Shown in pieces: positions 36,217 through 50,000 of a stretch of DNA of 64,000 nucleotides (position 1 is the stretch's first letter; every line of letters starts with the position of its first letter). Origin of the DNA: Yuukianura sp. NJ FZ-2021 (Eukaryota); NCBI GenBank assembly GCA_046563655.1, contig CM102287.1, positions 3,906,001-3,970,000 of the forward strand. The letters run 5' to 3'. The translations under genes and the position numbers were made by a program. The notes under the pieces are model-generated. The model had not been told where the DNA came from and searched no databases. It saw only the letters and a list, made by a program, of their open reading frames with translations.

Positions 36217-38002
36217 AAAAACCGTTTCGTTCCGATTCCGAAATCTGTTTTTAGACATTGTTGATTTTAGGCAATAAAGTGACAATCAAAATTTGAATAA
36301 AAGTACACTTTTTAAAAATCAAAATTTTAGCGATTTGAAGAGTTGAACAAAGTTAAGATTGTTTTAATTTGAAAATTGTTCAAACAGAACAATAAATTGA
36401 ACAGTGATTTTAAATGAGATGTTTTTATTTTTGGAAATCCAAAATGTCAAAATTTTCAATTTTTTTTAAAAAAAAAAGGTCAAAGGTCAGTGACCTATAA
36501 ATTCTTAGCCACCACAGCTTGTATTGGAAACTACAAAACATTTTTCAAAATTTTACTTTTTTTTGAAAAACGGAACTTTTCGAACAACTTCGAAATACCT
36601 CAGAATCAGCACCTCTGTGATTTATTTTTATTTTAAAAGTTTTGTGAATTTTTGAGGCAACAATTTTAGTTTTTCTTAAAAAATCAACAAGTTTTGCTTG
36701 TATTTGTATTTAGTATATAAATTAATATATTATAATATTTTTAGTAATTATAATATAAGCCAAAGATTTCTTCCTTTTTATTAGTTTGGAGGTGCAATGA
36801 TTTCCTTTTAGTAAGTTTTAAATTTAATTATTACTTAATTTAATTAATTATTAAGATTTTTATGTTATTTATAATCAAAAATTGGAGAAAAAACCACAAC
36901 CACCTAAAAAAAATCTGCGCGGGGTTCAATGAAACAACATATGTAATTGAAAGCCTAAATTTTATTTTTTGGATTTCAAATTCTAAACAAAAAATGTGCT
37001 CGCTCTCTTCCACTGCCTTTTCATTTCACCGTTTTTCAAAATTTCAAAAAAAAAATTCAAAATTTTAAGATTTTAGTCTACACTTCTATGATTAATTGAA
37101 ACAAATAACAATTTAATGATTGAAAACAGGTACGAACAAACTCCGAGGCACGCATGCGAAATTTCACTTTTTCAGTGAAAGTTTTTTTAAACTCAAACAA
37201 CTAAAGACGAAAAGCTCATTTTTCAAAATTTGGAAACTTTAAAAAAAAACATCTTGCAATTTTTTCAAATAGTTGCTGATTGTCTCAATTTCTCAATTTG
37301 GTTGCAAAACTAAAAATTTTGACTCCTCAACGCTAAATTTCAATGATTTTCTCAAATGGAAAAGAGATTGTCAAAATTGCAAAAATTTGAATCAAAGGTC
37401 AAAGGTCATGAAATTTTCCCGCTCCAAAATTTTTGATTACTTTTATCCGAAAGTAGTTGGAGTAACACTTAAATTTTAAAAAATGACTAACAACAATGGA
37501 AGAGAAGGAGCTAACTAATAGTGAAACTAAAATTTAAAGAGAAATTTGATATTCTACGACTAAAAAAAATTTCGAGCAGAGAAAAGTGCTTTTCTGTCTA
37601 ATAACAATTTTTAAACAGGCAATAAATAGGGGGGTTCCTAAAAATTTCTAAATCCTGAAAGGTCAAAGGTCAACCTCGGTCTACATAACATCAATTAGAG
37701 CCATTTTTCTTGTCTTTTCCTCCCGTCTCTCGTCCACTCTGTTTTTAACGCAAGCGCACAGCATTTCTGTTTTTTCTCGTTTTTGTGTAGTGTCAATATA
37801 AAATACTAAATTTTTCTTCAATAGAAAATAAACTTTAAAATAACTCTTTTGAGAAGAAAAAATTCTTAACTACGTTATTTTTTTTCTTCGTTAAGCGCTT
37901 AAACGCTAACGCTAACGTTAACCGCCGCCTTCTTCCTTAACGTATTAGATTCCTGTTCCTGTTTTAAAATTCTGTTTTCTGTGTTTAGAAAAGTGTTTGA
38001 AA

Positions 38003-41000
38003 TCACGTGTCGACTGCAAAGAGTTCTTTGTGCAGAGCAGGAAACTCCAGGTGAGGTGACATCCGTCGTAGTCTCCCTAACGCTTCCAGATGCAGTAGGC
38101 CCAGTTCCCTACGGAAAACAGAGATTAGTCCAAGGTCAAAGTTGAGACATGCGACAAGGTCAATGGGTCAATAAAAGTGATGGGTCAATGGGTCAAAGCG
38201 ATTAATCACATGGGTTAACACAGGGTTAACATTCGACATTCGTCAAATTAGCCAGCTAGATACGATGCGTGAGATTTGGAATGACGGGGTAATGGGTTTA
38301 GGTTCATGGGTTAACATTTTTGAAAAGCATTGAGACGGGTTTGGGTTAACGCAGAAAGGGTATTGGAAATGGCGGGTTAATAGACATTTGAAGGTGCTTT
38401 TTTTTTATAAACGTAGTTAGATTCGTGTTTTGGTTTTGAATTAAGGGCGACCTGACCTTAGCTGAGGTACGCGTGCTAGCAAGGCATCCACGACCGTGAC
38501 GTCACCCTTGAGCGGATGACGATGCGTCTTGGCTACTTCGTAGCGTAGAGACCTGAAATTTCCATTTTAATCAAAGTTAAAATTAAAGTTAAAAATGAAG
38601 TTAAAATTTCGAAAATATTTCTTTTTTTGGAAATGTTACCGGAGAACGGCTCCGCTCAGCCGCCCAATCTCCCCGGTCCCCTTGAGTCCGGACCGATCTG
38701 AAACATACAAAGAAAGGGTTTTAGTGGCAGTGAGATCAGAGGTCAAAGGTCAAAGTGTAGCGGAAAAGTGTAGGAGTTGACTACCCGGTGAGAGGAGGAC
38801 GTAGGCTGAGTAGAGGGCGAGTTGGGTGTCGCTGAGTTTGAGCTCAGCAATAGCACGGGCAACGTCGAACAGCGACAGGACGAGTTTCATTTCCGTCGTG
38901 TCAGCAGTTCGGAAGGCTTCGGGCGGGAGGAGTGTTTCTCCAAAGAGGACGGAATTCGTGGTGGGGTCAAAGTGACGCGACACGCGAAGCACAACGAGTT
39001 CAAACGCTCCCGCCTTCAGCAGCACAATCTGGTCATCTTGCGGGAGTTTCATGAACCCGGGCACCATTTTTGCAAATTCTATGATTTGTTGGACGACGGC
39101 GGTGAGGCGGGAGGCGGACTCCAGCCACAGCTCCTCGTGACTCAAGTCTTTGTAGTACAAGACCTTGGAAATATCTTGTGGACGCCTCAGCATGTCTCCT
39201 ACTTGATCTGAAACGAAACATAACATGGTCAGTGGTCAGTAGTCAACTATGGTCAGTGGACACCAGTGTTCCGTAAAAAGCGCTTTTTTTAAAGTCGATG
39301 CTTTGCTTTTTGCTGTAAATACCCTTTTTTGCTATTTTTGCTTTCGTTGCTTTAAAAGCAGAAACGCTGTTGTAAAAGGAATGGCGGCTCGCATTCTTGT
39401 AACTTAAGGTTACTGAATCATTTAACAAATTATACATCCAAAGGATGTGAATTTGTTAGATTAGATTTTAAGGTCGATGCTTTGCTTTTTGCTGTAAATA
39501 GTTCTCTTTTGTTTTGCAGTTTTTGCTTTCTTTTTTTGCTTTAAAAGCAACGCCGCTGTAAAAGAAATGCCGGCTCGCATTCCTTGAACGTATGTTACTG
39601 AATCCATGTAAATTTAACAAATTATATGCATATGCAAACAATGTATATTTGTTAGATTAAGCTGGATACGGCAATTATTAGTTAGTTTAACCTTTTACAA
39701 AAAAAATCATCGCAAAAGGTTAATTTGTAATTTTTAAAACAGCAACAAGTCAAAAACAGCAAGCACGAAAACCGATGCTTGCTTCTTTTGCTTATAAATC
39801 AACATAAAAAGAAACCTCTGGTCAGCTTGTCATACCATTGGAATATATGCAGGTTCTACTATGAGCATCAGTGATTGTTCTGGCGAGTAGCTCGGAGATC
39901 TGAACCGTGTCGGGAGAGACGCCTGAGGTGGTGGTGGCCGGTGGGGCCGAAGGACTCATGATCATGCCACCCGAGTCGGGCAGTGGCAGCTCGGGTGGAC
40001 TCGAGCGCTGTTCAAAGCTAGAAGATCCACCAGGATTCGTCGTCGAGTGAACAAAGTTCCCTTCGATGTCATAGTCTAAGCTCCCACCGGGTGGGCCTCC
40101 AAAGTACCCATTCGGTGTGTAACTATACAAAAACAAAAATTAAATTTCCACAAAATTCAGAAATCTCGAAATCTTTTTCAAAATTTTGAAAACTCACTCG
40201 CTGACGTAGGGATTGTTGTAAGTATTTGTATGAGGGTTGTATGACAGAGGTTGGTCAGAGGAGGTCGACGTTGGATCGTAGCCCGAAGAGTCCGGCGCTG
40301 TTTCGACACTACTCGGGGGACCCTTCATCTGAGCCCTATGACACCAAATATGTTATTCATAATAATATATAAAATAATATATAATATTATAGTATATATA
40401 AATATGTCATTATATTTGTTACCTATGATACCGAACTTCATCTTCCACCTTCTCCCGCTGTTTCTTCGACATCCGGCCGAACTTGACCGCTGAAAAACGA
40501 ACAAAGGTCAACTCGTGGTCAAATTGTCCTTAAGTTAATCAATTTCTTCAATTTATGTTAAACGTTGTTAGCCTAACAAGATTGGACTTTTGATCTGCAC
40601 GAGCCGCTAACACTTTTGACCACAAAAGTAACAACATCCTTATTGCAAATTTCCAAATTTGCGCAAACTGCTCCTTTCGTTTTCTCCCACCAATTATTAA
40701 TTGAATTGAAACCAAAAATAGCCAAAGAATCCCACAAAGTCCTTCTGTTACTAACGGATCCTCCACAAAACCTCTCAATTGACTCTTTCAATTCACACTT
40801 CTCCTGCATAACAGCTCCATTTTTTTTATAAAATTTTGTGCAAAAAATCTCCGTTTTTTGAAAAAGTCTAAAACCAAATTCGCAAATTTTTGCAACACAA
40901 AACTTAAAGCTGCAAAGAACCTATCCAGTATGTAGAGAGATTTTTAAAAGAAAGCTAGAGAAATTTCAAATGATTTCCAAATTAAACAAAGTTTCAAAAC

Positions 41001-44000
41001 CTAAAATTTCCAACTTCCAAGAAGATTTTCAGATTCTCTTCTGCCAATTCTTACATAATTTTGAAAATTCAACTTCCATCCAACTTTCACAAAATTCAAA
41101 AAATTCGAATTTCCATCCACTTTTTGCAGAATTCAAAAAATTTCAATTTCTCCAACCTCTATTTTTCAAAACATTCAAAAAATTGCAGTATCTCCCACTT
41201 CCATTTTGCAAAAATTCGCAAAATTGCAATTTCTCCCCCATCCATTTTGCAAAAACTCAAAAATTACAGTTCCTGCTACCTCCAATTTGCAAAAATTCGA
41301 AAAGTTAGGAATTCCAAAAGCTGTTAAGGTGGGAGATAAGATTTGGGGTGCGGTGGTGGGATGCTGTGTGGGTGGGGAGGGATGTGAATTCCGTGAATGG
41401 AGATGTGGATGGTGGTGACAATGGGGGGAGGAGAGACTGTGCAAAAGTGTTTGATTTTTGCAGAAAGTGTGCAGAAAGCAGTGGTTTGGCAACTGTGTTT
41501 CCCAGAGCAAGGGTTAAAGACCTTCGATGCGGAAGCAAGCCAAAGCACACAATCCACCAGAGGAGGGATCGATAGGGACCAGCAAATGGCAACTCCTAAC
41601 TCTATCCAAATGTAGGTCACCAGAACCAAAATAGTTGAGCATATGAGTCCATGGGCTCTGGAACATCAAAAAAATACTCCAAACGAGCCAATTTTTGGCA
41701 CAAAATGAACTGCCAGCACGAGATTACCAGGATTATCTCACGCTAATGTGTTTGCGAAAACTTGTTCATTTTCTAAACAAAAAACTAACAATACAAACAA
41801 TACCTTTGTAATCAATACGAAAAATTTACAATGTACACGACAATTTTTGCAATAAAGGCGCTTTTGCAATTAAAACTTAAAACTTTGCAAGCCTGGTTTC
41901 AAATTTTGAAAAAAAAAACTTGGTCGTAGTGATTTTTGCAAAAAATTTGTGACTTTTGAAAGTCTGGTCGAATTTTAATTTTTCACGCTTGGCTCCAGTT
42001 TCCAGCCAATCAAATTTTTAGACAATCTTGACACAAAAAATTTTCTATTATGACGACAGGTTAATCCATTAGACATGGAGGGTTACTTGAGTTGAAATTT
42101 TTTAAAAATTCAACAAGAATTTTCAAATTTTTGTTAATTTTTTAACGAAAAGGAAAAGCTTGAAAAGTGTGAAATTTCAGTTTTTTTCAAGAAACCGAGG
42201 TGTTTTTTCTGCGATTTTCTTCTCCTGTTTTTGTGTATTGAGAAAACCAGGGTTTTTGGCCGAAAAAGAAATTGGCACAAAAACCCGGAACAAATTTGAC
42301 CCAATTTGATTTTCTTACTTTTCGGTTTCTGTTTCACATTTTTTCCTCAGAACATAAAAAAAGACGAAAAAATTGAATTGTTCTTCCAGAAAAGCCATTA
42401 GGATAGACCGCCGCCAGAGACCGTGGGAATAAGTGTTTGAACTATTGATTGTTCATTCTCTGTTGATCCATTGTAGTTGCTCTCATTGCTGTTGATCTTT
42501 TGTCTATTGATCCACTACAGAACTAAATGCGGAAGAAGTTGAAATCCAATCTCTCTCCAATTCAATTGTTAATGGTAGTTCCTAATTGTTGAAATTGAAT
42601 CTTCTCTTGTCCAAAAGAAGATGAGTTTCGTCTGGGAACGACAATAATTCTTCATCTGGTTCCCGTAGGGGGGGGGGGGGAGTAATGGAGGGGGGGGGTT
42701 AATGCTAGAGATGGGGGGGGGGGTTCGGATGGGGCGGGGGATGAAGTTGTGCCTGTGCATGTGAATGCAGGTGAAGTCGAAGGAGGATGAAGATGCGATT
42801 CCCGTTATAACGGGACGAACCTGTCTTGATGACCTACATTTCCCAGCACCACGGCTTAATAACCCTCCCGACTCACACTACTACTTCCCCTACTCAGATT
42901 TCATTAACAGGAGCAATCACTTTTTCAAATTTCTAAAAAAAAAGTACTTTTTCGAAAATTTAAAAACCTAACGCCCCAGATTTTATAGAATGTCGCAAGC
43001 TAACCGTCTAAAAAGCGATGAACCCAAGTCTGAAACTGAAAATTCACAATTTGTAGAAAATTGTAGACTTTTTTGGAGAGGAGAGTACTTGTAGGAGGAA
43101 ATGTAGGGACAAAGGTCATTGACCTTTTGACCTTTCGAGGTCATTGACCCCGTGACCTTACCGTCGCGTGACATGCCTAGCCTGAGGCATTTCTGGAGCC
43201 GACAGTACTGGCATCTATTCCTGTTGACCCTGTCCACAACGCAGTTCTTTGACCTTGGGCACTGGTAGTTCACGACTGACGACTGAGAGCGTCGGAAGAA
43301 GCCTTTGCAGCCCTCACAAGTTATCACACCGTAGTGAACTCCACTCGACTTGTCACCACACACCTTACAGGGAATGATCTCGATCTGGGCTGTTAAAGCA
43401 ATAAAATATAATAATTAATTAACACAACTAATTAAGTTCTTTAAATATTTAAACTTAAAACTACTTAAGTTTAACGCCACTAAATAAATTTTGCTCAGCT
43501 CAGCAGGTTTTTTTAACACTTGTTTTTAGTTATTCTGTCGTTTGTGCGAGGGGGAAAATCTTGTAAATCGCTGCAAGCGATCGCTTTTAGCGTTAGTATT
43601 GACCGTAATTTTGACTAACAAGGCACTCCCGGACCAACTCTCGGTGGATTTCGGAGCCACTCGTATTCGAATTCTGTGTAGTAATGTCTCGGCTCAAGAA
43701 ATGACGCGCTGTGATTGGTGATTTGAAGACTTCGCGATCGCGAGTCGCGTTTTCTGTAACTTTCGTTGCTAAATGGACCATGACAGGGACATGGAATCAG
43801 TTCCAAGTTAAGCGGAGGATCGTCTGAATAGCTTTGCATTTTGGCAAATTTGCGAATTTGCAAATCTGAAATTTTGAAATTTCCTTAACTAGTGTCTCAA
43901 ACTTGAACTTTCTTGGTGAGAAAAAGCGAAACGTCAAAGACAAGCCCAAAATCAGGACTGAATTTTTTTTTTTGATTTTTGGTTTTCAATTCTTAGCATT

Positions 44001-47000
44001 GAATGTGACGAGGTGTCAGAATCACAATTAATTATAATTCAACCCGAGTTCAACGATTTCTTCACCTCGTTTTTAAGCCAACAATAGAAAAAGCTTACAT
44101 GTATGTCTCCTGAAATTTTCAAAATTTTAAAAATTTTGTTCTAAAGATGTTGTTAAAAAAGTTTTTGCAGAAATTCTGCCTAGCCGTACATGGACTCCTT
44201 TATAGATCTGAATTTCTGTTGAGAGGAATTCAATGAATGAAAATTTTGGAAGATTATGAAATTTTTTTTGTGTGAATTTAGCCAAGGGAAACTTGGTGAG
44301 ATTTTCGCACACTTTTTCCATATCTGCTTTAAATTTGCGAATTTGCAATTATCTTAAGCACCAAGCCAAGCCGCAGTGAGGCCGTCAATTATCTGATTAC
44401 TCAAAATTAAGTAAGCTCAACCAGCAGTAATTATTCAAGTCAACGTTAGGTGCGGAACGGTCTGCGCCTGTGCAGATTTCAGATTCGAAAATTGCACATT
44501 TTGCAAAAAGTGTGTGTTACCATGGCAATTATACTTGGGAAATAGGAAGTACACCTCCTGAGCATAATTTTCTAAAAAGTTGGGTTTTACTGCATACACG
44601 ACTTTCTTTTCGCAAAGTGACGACTACGGAGTCGTACTTTTTGTGCAAAAAATGAAAAATTTGCAATGTGCAAAAAATGGCAAATACTAACAGTAAATGT
44701 GCAAAAAATTGCAAATTCTCTCTTCCCACACAAACGTAAAGCCGGAAACGTACCGTTAACCACTCTTGCATGACATTCCAATTAGACAATTGACAAGAAA
44801 ACGAACGAACCAAGAGTAGTCACACGACCAAGGTTCCGTTTTTACCTTTCATAATTTATTTTTCAAAAAAGTTTCAAAATTTTGAATTTTGAAAAAAAAA
44901 CCTTCCTTCAGCAAAACCACATTGTGCTTAAGGTGCGTGCACACTTTTTTCTGGTTAGGAAAACAGGCAATAACTTTCCCGGAAAAAACTTAATTTTTAT
45001 TAATTAAACTAATTAAAAATTCGGTTTTACTTTTAATTAAATATAAGTTAATCAAGGATAGAAAAGCAAATGGAGATTTTTTTCTTCCAAAAAATCTACC
45101 CCCCCCCCATGGAAATTTTTGGAACTGGAGGGGGGGGGGTGAATCTCTTTTCAAGTGAAACAACTTTCGTTTATTTTCTGCAATGGGAAATCCAATATCA
45201 CTCTGATTAATTAAGAATCCGCAACCACAGCCTTTAGTCGATTTACCATTTTTGCGAAAGTGCATATGACTATTCATGTGCGAAAAAACGACCAATCACA
45301 GACAAGAACAGAAACGAGTTTCATTTTTAGCCACTTTTGCTGTTGACACTTTTGCACTTTTCATCAGCGGAGCTTCATCGACTAAACTAAGCAATATCTA
45401 AAATCTCAGAAAACCGAACTCGATTTTATTTTTTCACCGAGATTTCTACGTGATAGTTTGCATGTTGCCGTTTTTGTTGTTGCCAAAATTGCACATAAAT
45501 AATTCATGCCCTCAACTAACGTGTCCAAGGACTCCTATGAAAGCGTCAATGACAACTACCCAAAACCAACGCAAGATTCCCCAACCATCAAATGCAACAA
45601 TCAAGGACCTTCACTCCGTCCACTGACCCTTCATCGTCATCTCCTCGTCCCATCGCACTCAAAATTTTGAAATTTTCAAAAAAACAAAGTCATAAAAGTC
45701 ATTCTCTTCGAGAAGACTCAATTTCAAAAAGATTAGACAAGAAGCAACAGTTTTTTTAGAAAAATGCTCAAACAGGATTCCACACTGATCCGAAAAACCG
45801 CTACTTTCTATCCCGCATCCACATTTTCATTTTTCGACAATATTTTCAAAGTTTATGAACAGTTCGGAAAGTTTTAAAAAAAGTTAAAATTTTGAAACCA
45901 CACTGTATTCTGCCAAATAAAAGAAATTTTTTGACTTCTTTTTAAGAATTTTGAATCGCCAGTTAAGCCGCATTGATCTGTGTTGATTCTTTTCTTTTTG
46001 GTAAAAATTGCATTTTTTTTTGTAACTGAAAAATGGAAATTTCAATTTTTTTTGCACCTTTGTGAAATGAAATTGCAAATTGCAAAATTTGCAAAATTCC
46101 ACTTTGCAGAGCCTTAATTTGTCTTTCGCTTGTCTCGCGCCTGTACAAAATCTCTGTTCAAATCTGCACCTTTTTGCTAATAATCCAAAGTATGCAAAAA
46201 CAGAAAATGTGCAGAAAATTTGCAATCTTTCGTAAATTCTGCCACGATTGAAAGTGGCAACGTGGTGGCTTGGGACGGGGTAATGGACTCTGGTGGCGTA
46301 ACTTTTATCGCGTGATGCAACTGATGAGGCTCTCTCAGTTAGAATGTGTAGAGTACTGTATAACGTTAGGTTCGTCGTTAGGCTAAGCCTAAAGAGCCTT
46401 CTCACTCGCCAACACTTAGGTTCACATAGAACGTCGACCTACTTTTGCAGTCCAAATCGCACACAACAGCCAAAATGACTCTCCTTCTCTCTCATAACAC
46501 AGTCAATGCGGAAAAATATTACACACTCAAACGATTAAAGCACAGAGACTATTGTACACAGCCATGTCATGGACCAGACACACTCCCAAATCTCTCTCTT
46601 TTCAAAAAAGAGTCAAAATTTCAACAAAAAATGTATCAAAATTTTGACTTTTCCAATTTTTGCACAACTTTGGTTAGGCTAAATCCGCAAAAGTTAAAAA
46701 ATTAACTTCGAGGATTGTATTTTTCAAACGACGCCACTCAATTTTTTTTCGCAGCGGCAATTACGAAAATTTTAATTTCTTTTTCCGTAGATACGCGGAA
46801 CCCAATCTCTTTGAACCAACTTTTTGAATTTTTTTTTGAAATTTGATTTCAAAATTTGAAACGACACATGATTTCGGTAAGAATTTTCTCAAATTTGACG
46901 CTATGGATGCTGGGGTTATGTCAATAAGAGGTCAGAGGTCATGGGAAGGTCAACAGTCGCATGTAAGACGTCGGATTTAGAAGAGGTCAAAGGTCATGCG

Positions 47001-50000
47001 CGGTTCCTTTTAAACGTAATGTGGATGTTATGTCGTTTTATGACGGTTAGGTTAACTTAGCCTAACATAAAATGTGAAATGAGGAAGGAAACGAAATGGA
47101 AGTGTGAGTAGAAATCGCTTTCTACAAAAATTTCACTTCCTTCTTTTTTTCTTGATGTTGACTCTCCCTTGTGCCTTAGTGTTGACGGTCCCTTGGGATT
47201 TACAGTTTTGTTTTGTAAAAGGAAAAACAAGATTTGACCCTCGGTGACCCTTGAAGGGTTCCAAGGACCCCCTGAGGTCTAAGGGATCCCTTAAGGGCCC
47301 CTTCCGAATTGAGCAGGTACACTTTTATAACTTTTTTAAGGAAGATGAAGATAGGAAAGATCAGTTTCAGCTTCTGAAGCCCTTGACAAGTCACTTGTCA
47401 CCGAATCCGAGGAATAGTATAAACCTGTCACCGAAATCAGAGGAATAGAGACGCCTTATTTTGTCACCGGACGACCACTGTTTATGGCCAAGGCGTGTCT
47501 GACTAAAAACCGAAAACGTCAGACAATGTCTGAAAAACTGAAATTTTGAAGAGTATCTGACCAAAAACTGAAAATTTTTGAAAACATCTGACTAAAAAGC
47601 TGAATCGTCGGAAAGTGAGGGCGGAGATTTTTGAGCTCTTCTTCATTCTTCGCTGCGCTGCTTCTCAAAAGTTTTTTGGATCAATGAAAAGTTGTGTGGT
47701 TAAAATCGATCCTGCCATTTTTTGCAACCTCCTCCGCTCACTTCCGAAATATTTGCAAATGTTGACAGAAGAAGAATTTGCAAAGGTTTTCGCAAATTAA
47801 ATTTTTGCGAGATCGCAGTTTAGCTTAAACTTTGAAGTTAAAGCGCCAAGCTCTCTTTTTTGCCTCTCCAGCAGCGATTGATGACTTGGTTATGTATGTA
47901 GGTTGTCACTGGAATTATTCATGAAGACGCTGCTGAAATGTTGTGACGTTGAATTTAAAAAGTGTTTGTAAACAGGGAGATTTCAAATTCGCTGGAAAAA
48001 AGCAACGAACTGGAACGAAAGTGTCAATGGCCTACTTTTTCATTCCATGCTGCTTGAAGGTGCAAATTCCTTGCAAAATTTATTGAAAACCTCCAGTTGC
48101 AGCTTTTGCGCAAAAAGTTGCGAATTTGCAAATTTTTCCTCATCCATTTTCTACTTCAGTGAATGAATCATGATTGACAGACAAACAAATCAAAATAGCA
48201 AAACGCATTTTTTCAAACAATTTTTAGATTTGCAGGCACGCATGACTTGGAATTTGCAAAAACCAAAAAAACAAAACATGATTCCAAGTTGCAATTTTTC
48301 AAAATTTTGAAAAAAGAAACACTTTAGTTCCGAATTTAAAAAACATAGAAAAGTTGCTTTAAACTCCGGGAATTTCACTTCAGTTGAGTGCAGCCAATTG
48401 CTGTTCATTTTTGCGAATTTGCAAATTTTGGAATAGAATTTGCAAAAATTGGCAAAGAGAAAGCACGTAAGACGTAACATTTGCAAAAAATGGTTAGGAT
48501 CGGGTTAACGTCCTCTGATAGTATACACCACTTTTTATGTATAGCAAAACCACATGTAAACACAACTTAAAACAGATTCAATCATATTCTCATTCACACT
48601 TGCGGAAACACGAATCACAAAACAAGCTCAACTTTGCAAAAAAAAAATTAGGTTAAACCAAATCACCACTTCTCAAAACAACTTGTCACCAAATTTCGCA
48701 AAATTGCAAAACCCAAAATTTGCAAAATCAAAATGAATTTGCAATTTTCAACACCCGCCAAAAATCAAGCTTCTCGCTGCATAACGAGTTAACAAAACTT
48801 TTGCTTAAGGAGTGTCAACGCAATCGTTAGTTGTGAATTGTATAACTGGATTTGAAGTAATCCAAAATTTTGAAAAATCCGAAACATCAAAAATCAAAAT
48901 TTTGATTTTTTTTTTTCAAAATTGAATGTTAATTACTTTTCCAGAGTAGATTAGCACTGGATCCAGTACCTTTAATTGATCCTGGTGAAGGTGTGGGTGA
49001 AGAGGAGGGAGACGGTACGTCCAAAATTGCACTTTTTGAAGAGGGCTGTTGAGACGCCCAAATTTTATCCCACATGTCCATGCTCCTGACCTTTGACCTT
49101 CTAAGGTCAAGTTTTTCAAAATTTCAATTTTGAATGTTTTTTAATTTTGAGGCACTTGAGGTCACGGAGGGTCAAAATCTTAGTCCGAAGTTATTTAAAA
49201 GCACCACTGAACTGCTGAGCTCAAGAGTTTATTTCCTACTGACACACTTTCGTCTGTCGAGGGAACTTTGTGTTGGCTGTGGGTTCGAGTCAAGCCTGGG
49301 CCTGCGTTGGGTGGGAAATTTGAAAGCTATGGCGTATAGTCCATCTCATACAGAACCAAAACAACCGTTCTTTGAGAAGATGAAGGCGCAAGGAACTTTG
49401 GATTCACACAAACTTTATATAAGAGGGCAACAAACCTCAAGCAGTTCACTTCCAAACTTAGTTTTTGCACAAAATGTAAACCAAAACATAGGTTAAACTT
49501 AGCCTACCCTAACAATTCTTGTCTAGGAATTTTGAAATTTCGGTTTTCGCAAATTTCGAGTTTAGAGAGGCTGGAATTTGTGAAATTTTGAAAGTCGAGA
49601 TGTTTTGCCGTGGTTTTTGAAAGGAGAAAGTTTTGAGCGGACTTCCTGGATGGAAGGAAGAAAAAAAAAAGGTTTTTGCGCTGTAGGGGCTGAAAGTTTG
49701 AGTGAACTGGGCGACCGACATTTGCGAAAAGCTGAGTTTTTGCACACAACGGCAGTGCGTTGGTGCTCCGAATCGATCCGAAAATTCGGGGAGTTAAAAA
49801 AAACGGGAGAAAAACTTTCTCTTTCTGCTCACGTGTGAGTTTCAATGTGACTCACGACGGAGAGAAGGCAAAGGGAGAAAGCAGAGCACGTTCCTCTGAC
49901 ACAGTCCGCAAATAAGACAGTAGTGAAAGCGATACGTTTTTGGCAAAGAAAAAAATTTTGAAAAAAAACTTAAACGAAATCATTTTTTTCAAAATTTTGA

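Noticed and set aside
49280..49302. B-box-like GGGTTCGAGTC (tRNA or SINE)
   Set aside because: No A-box or cloverleaf could be built.
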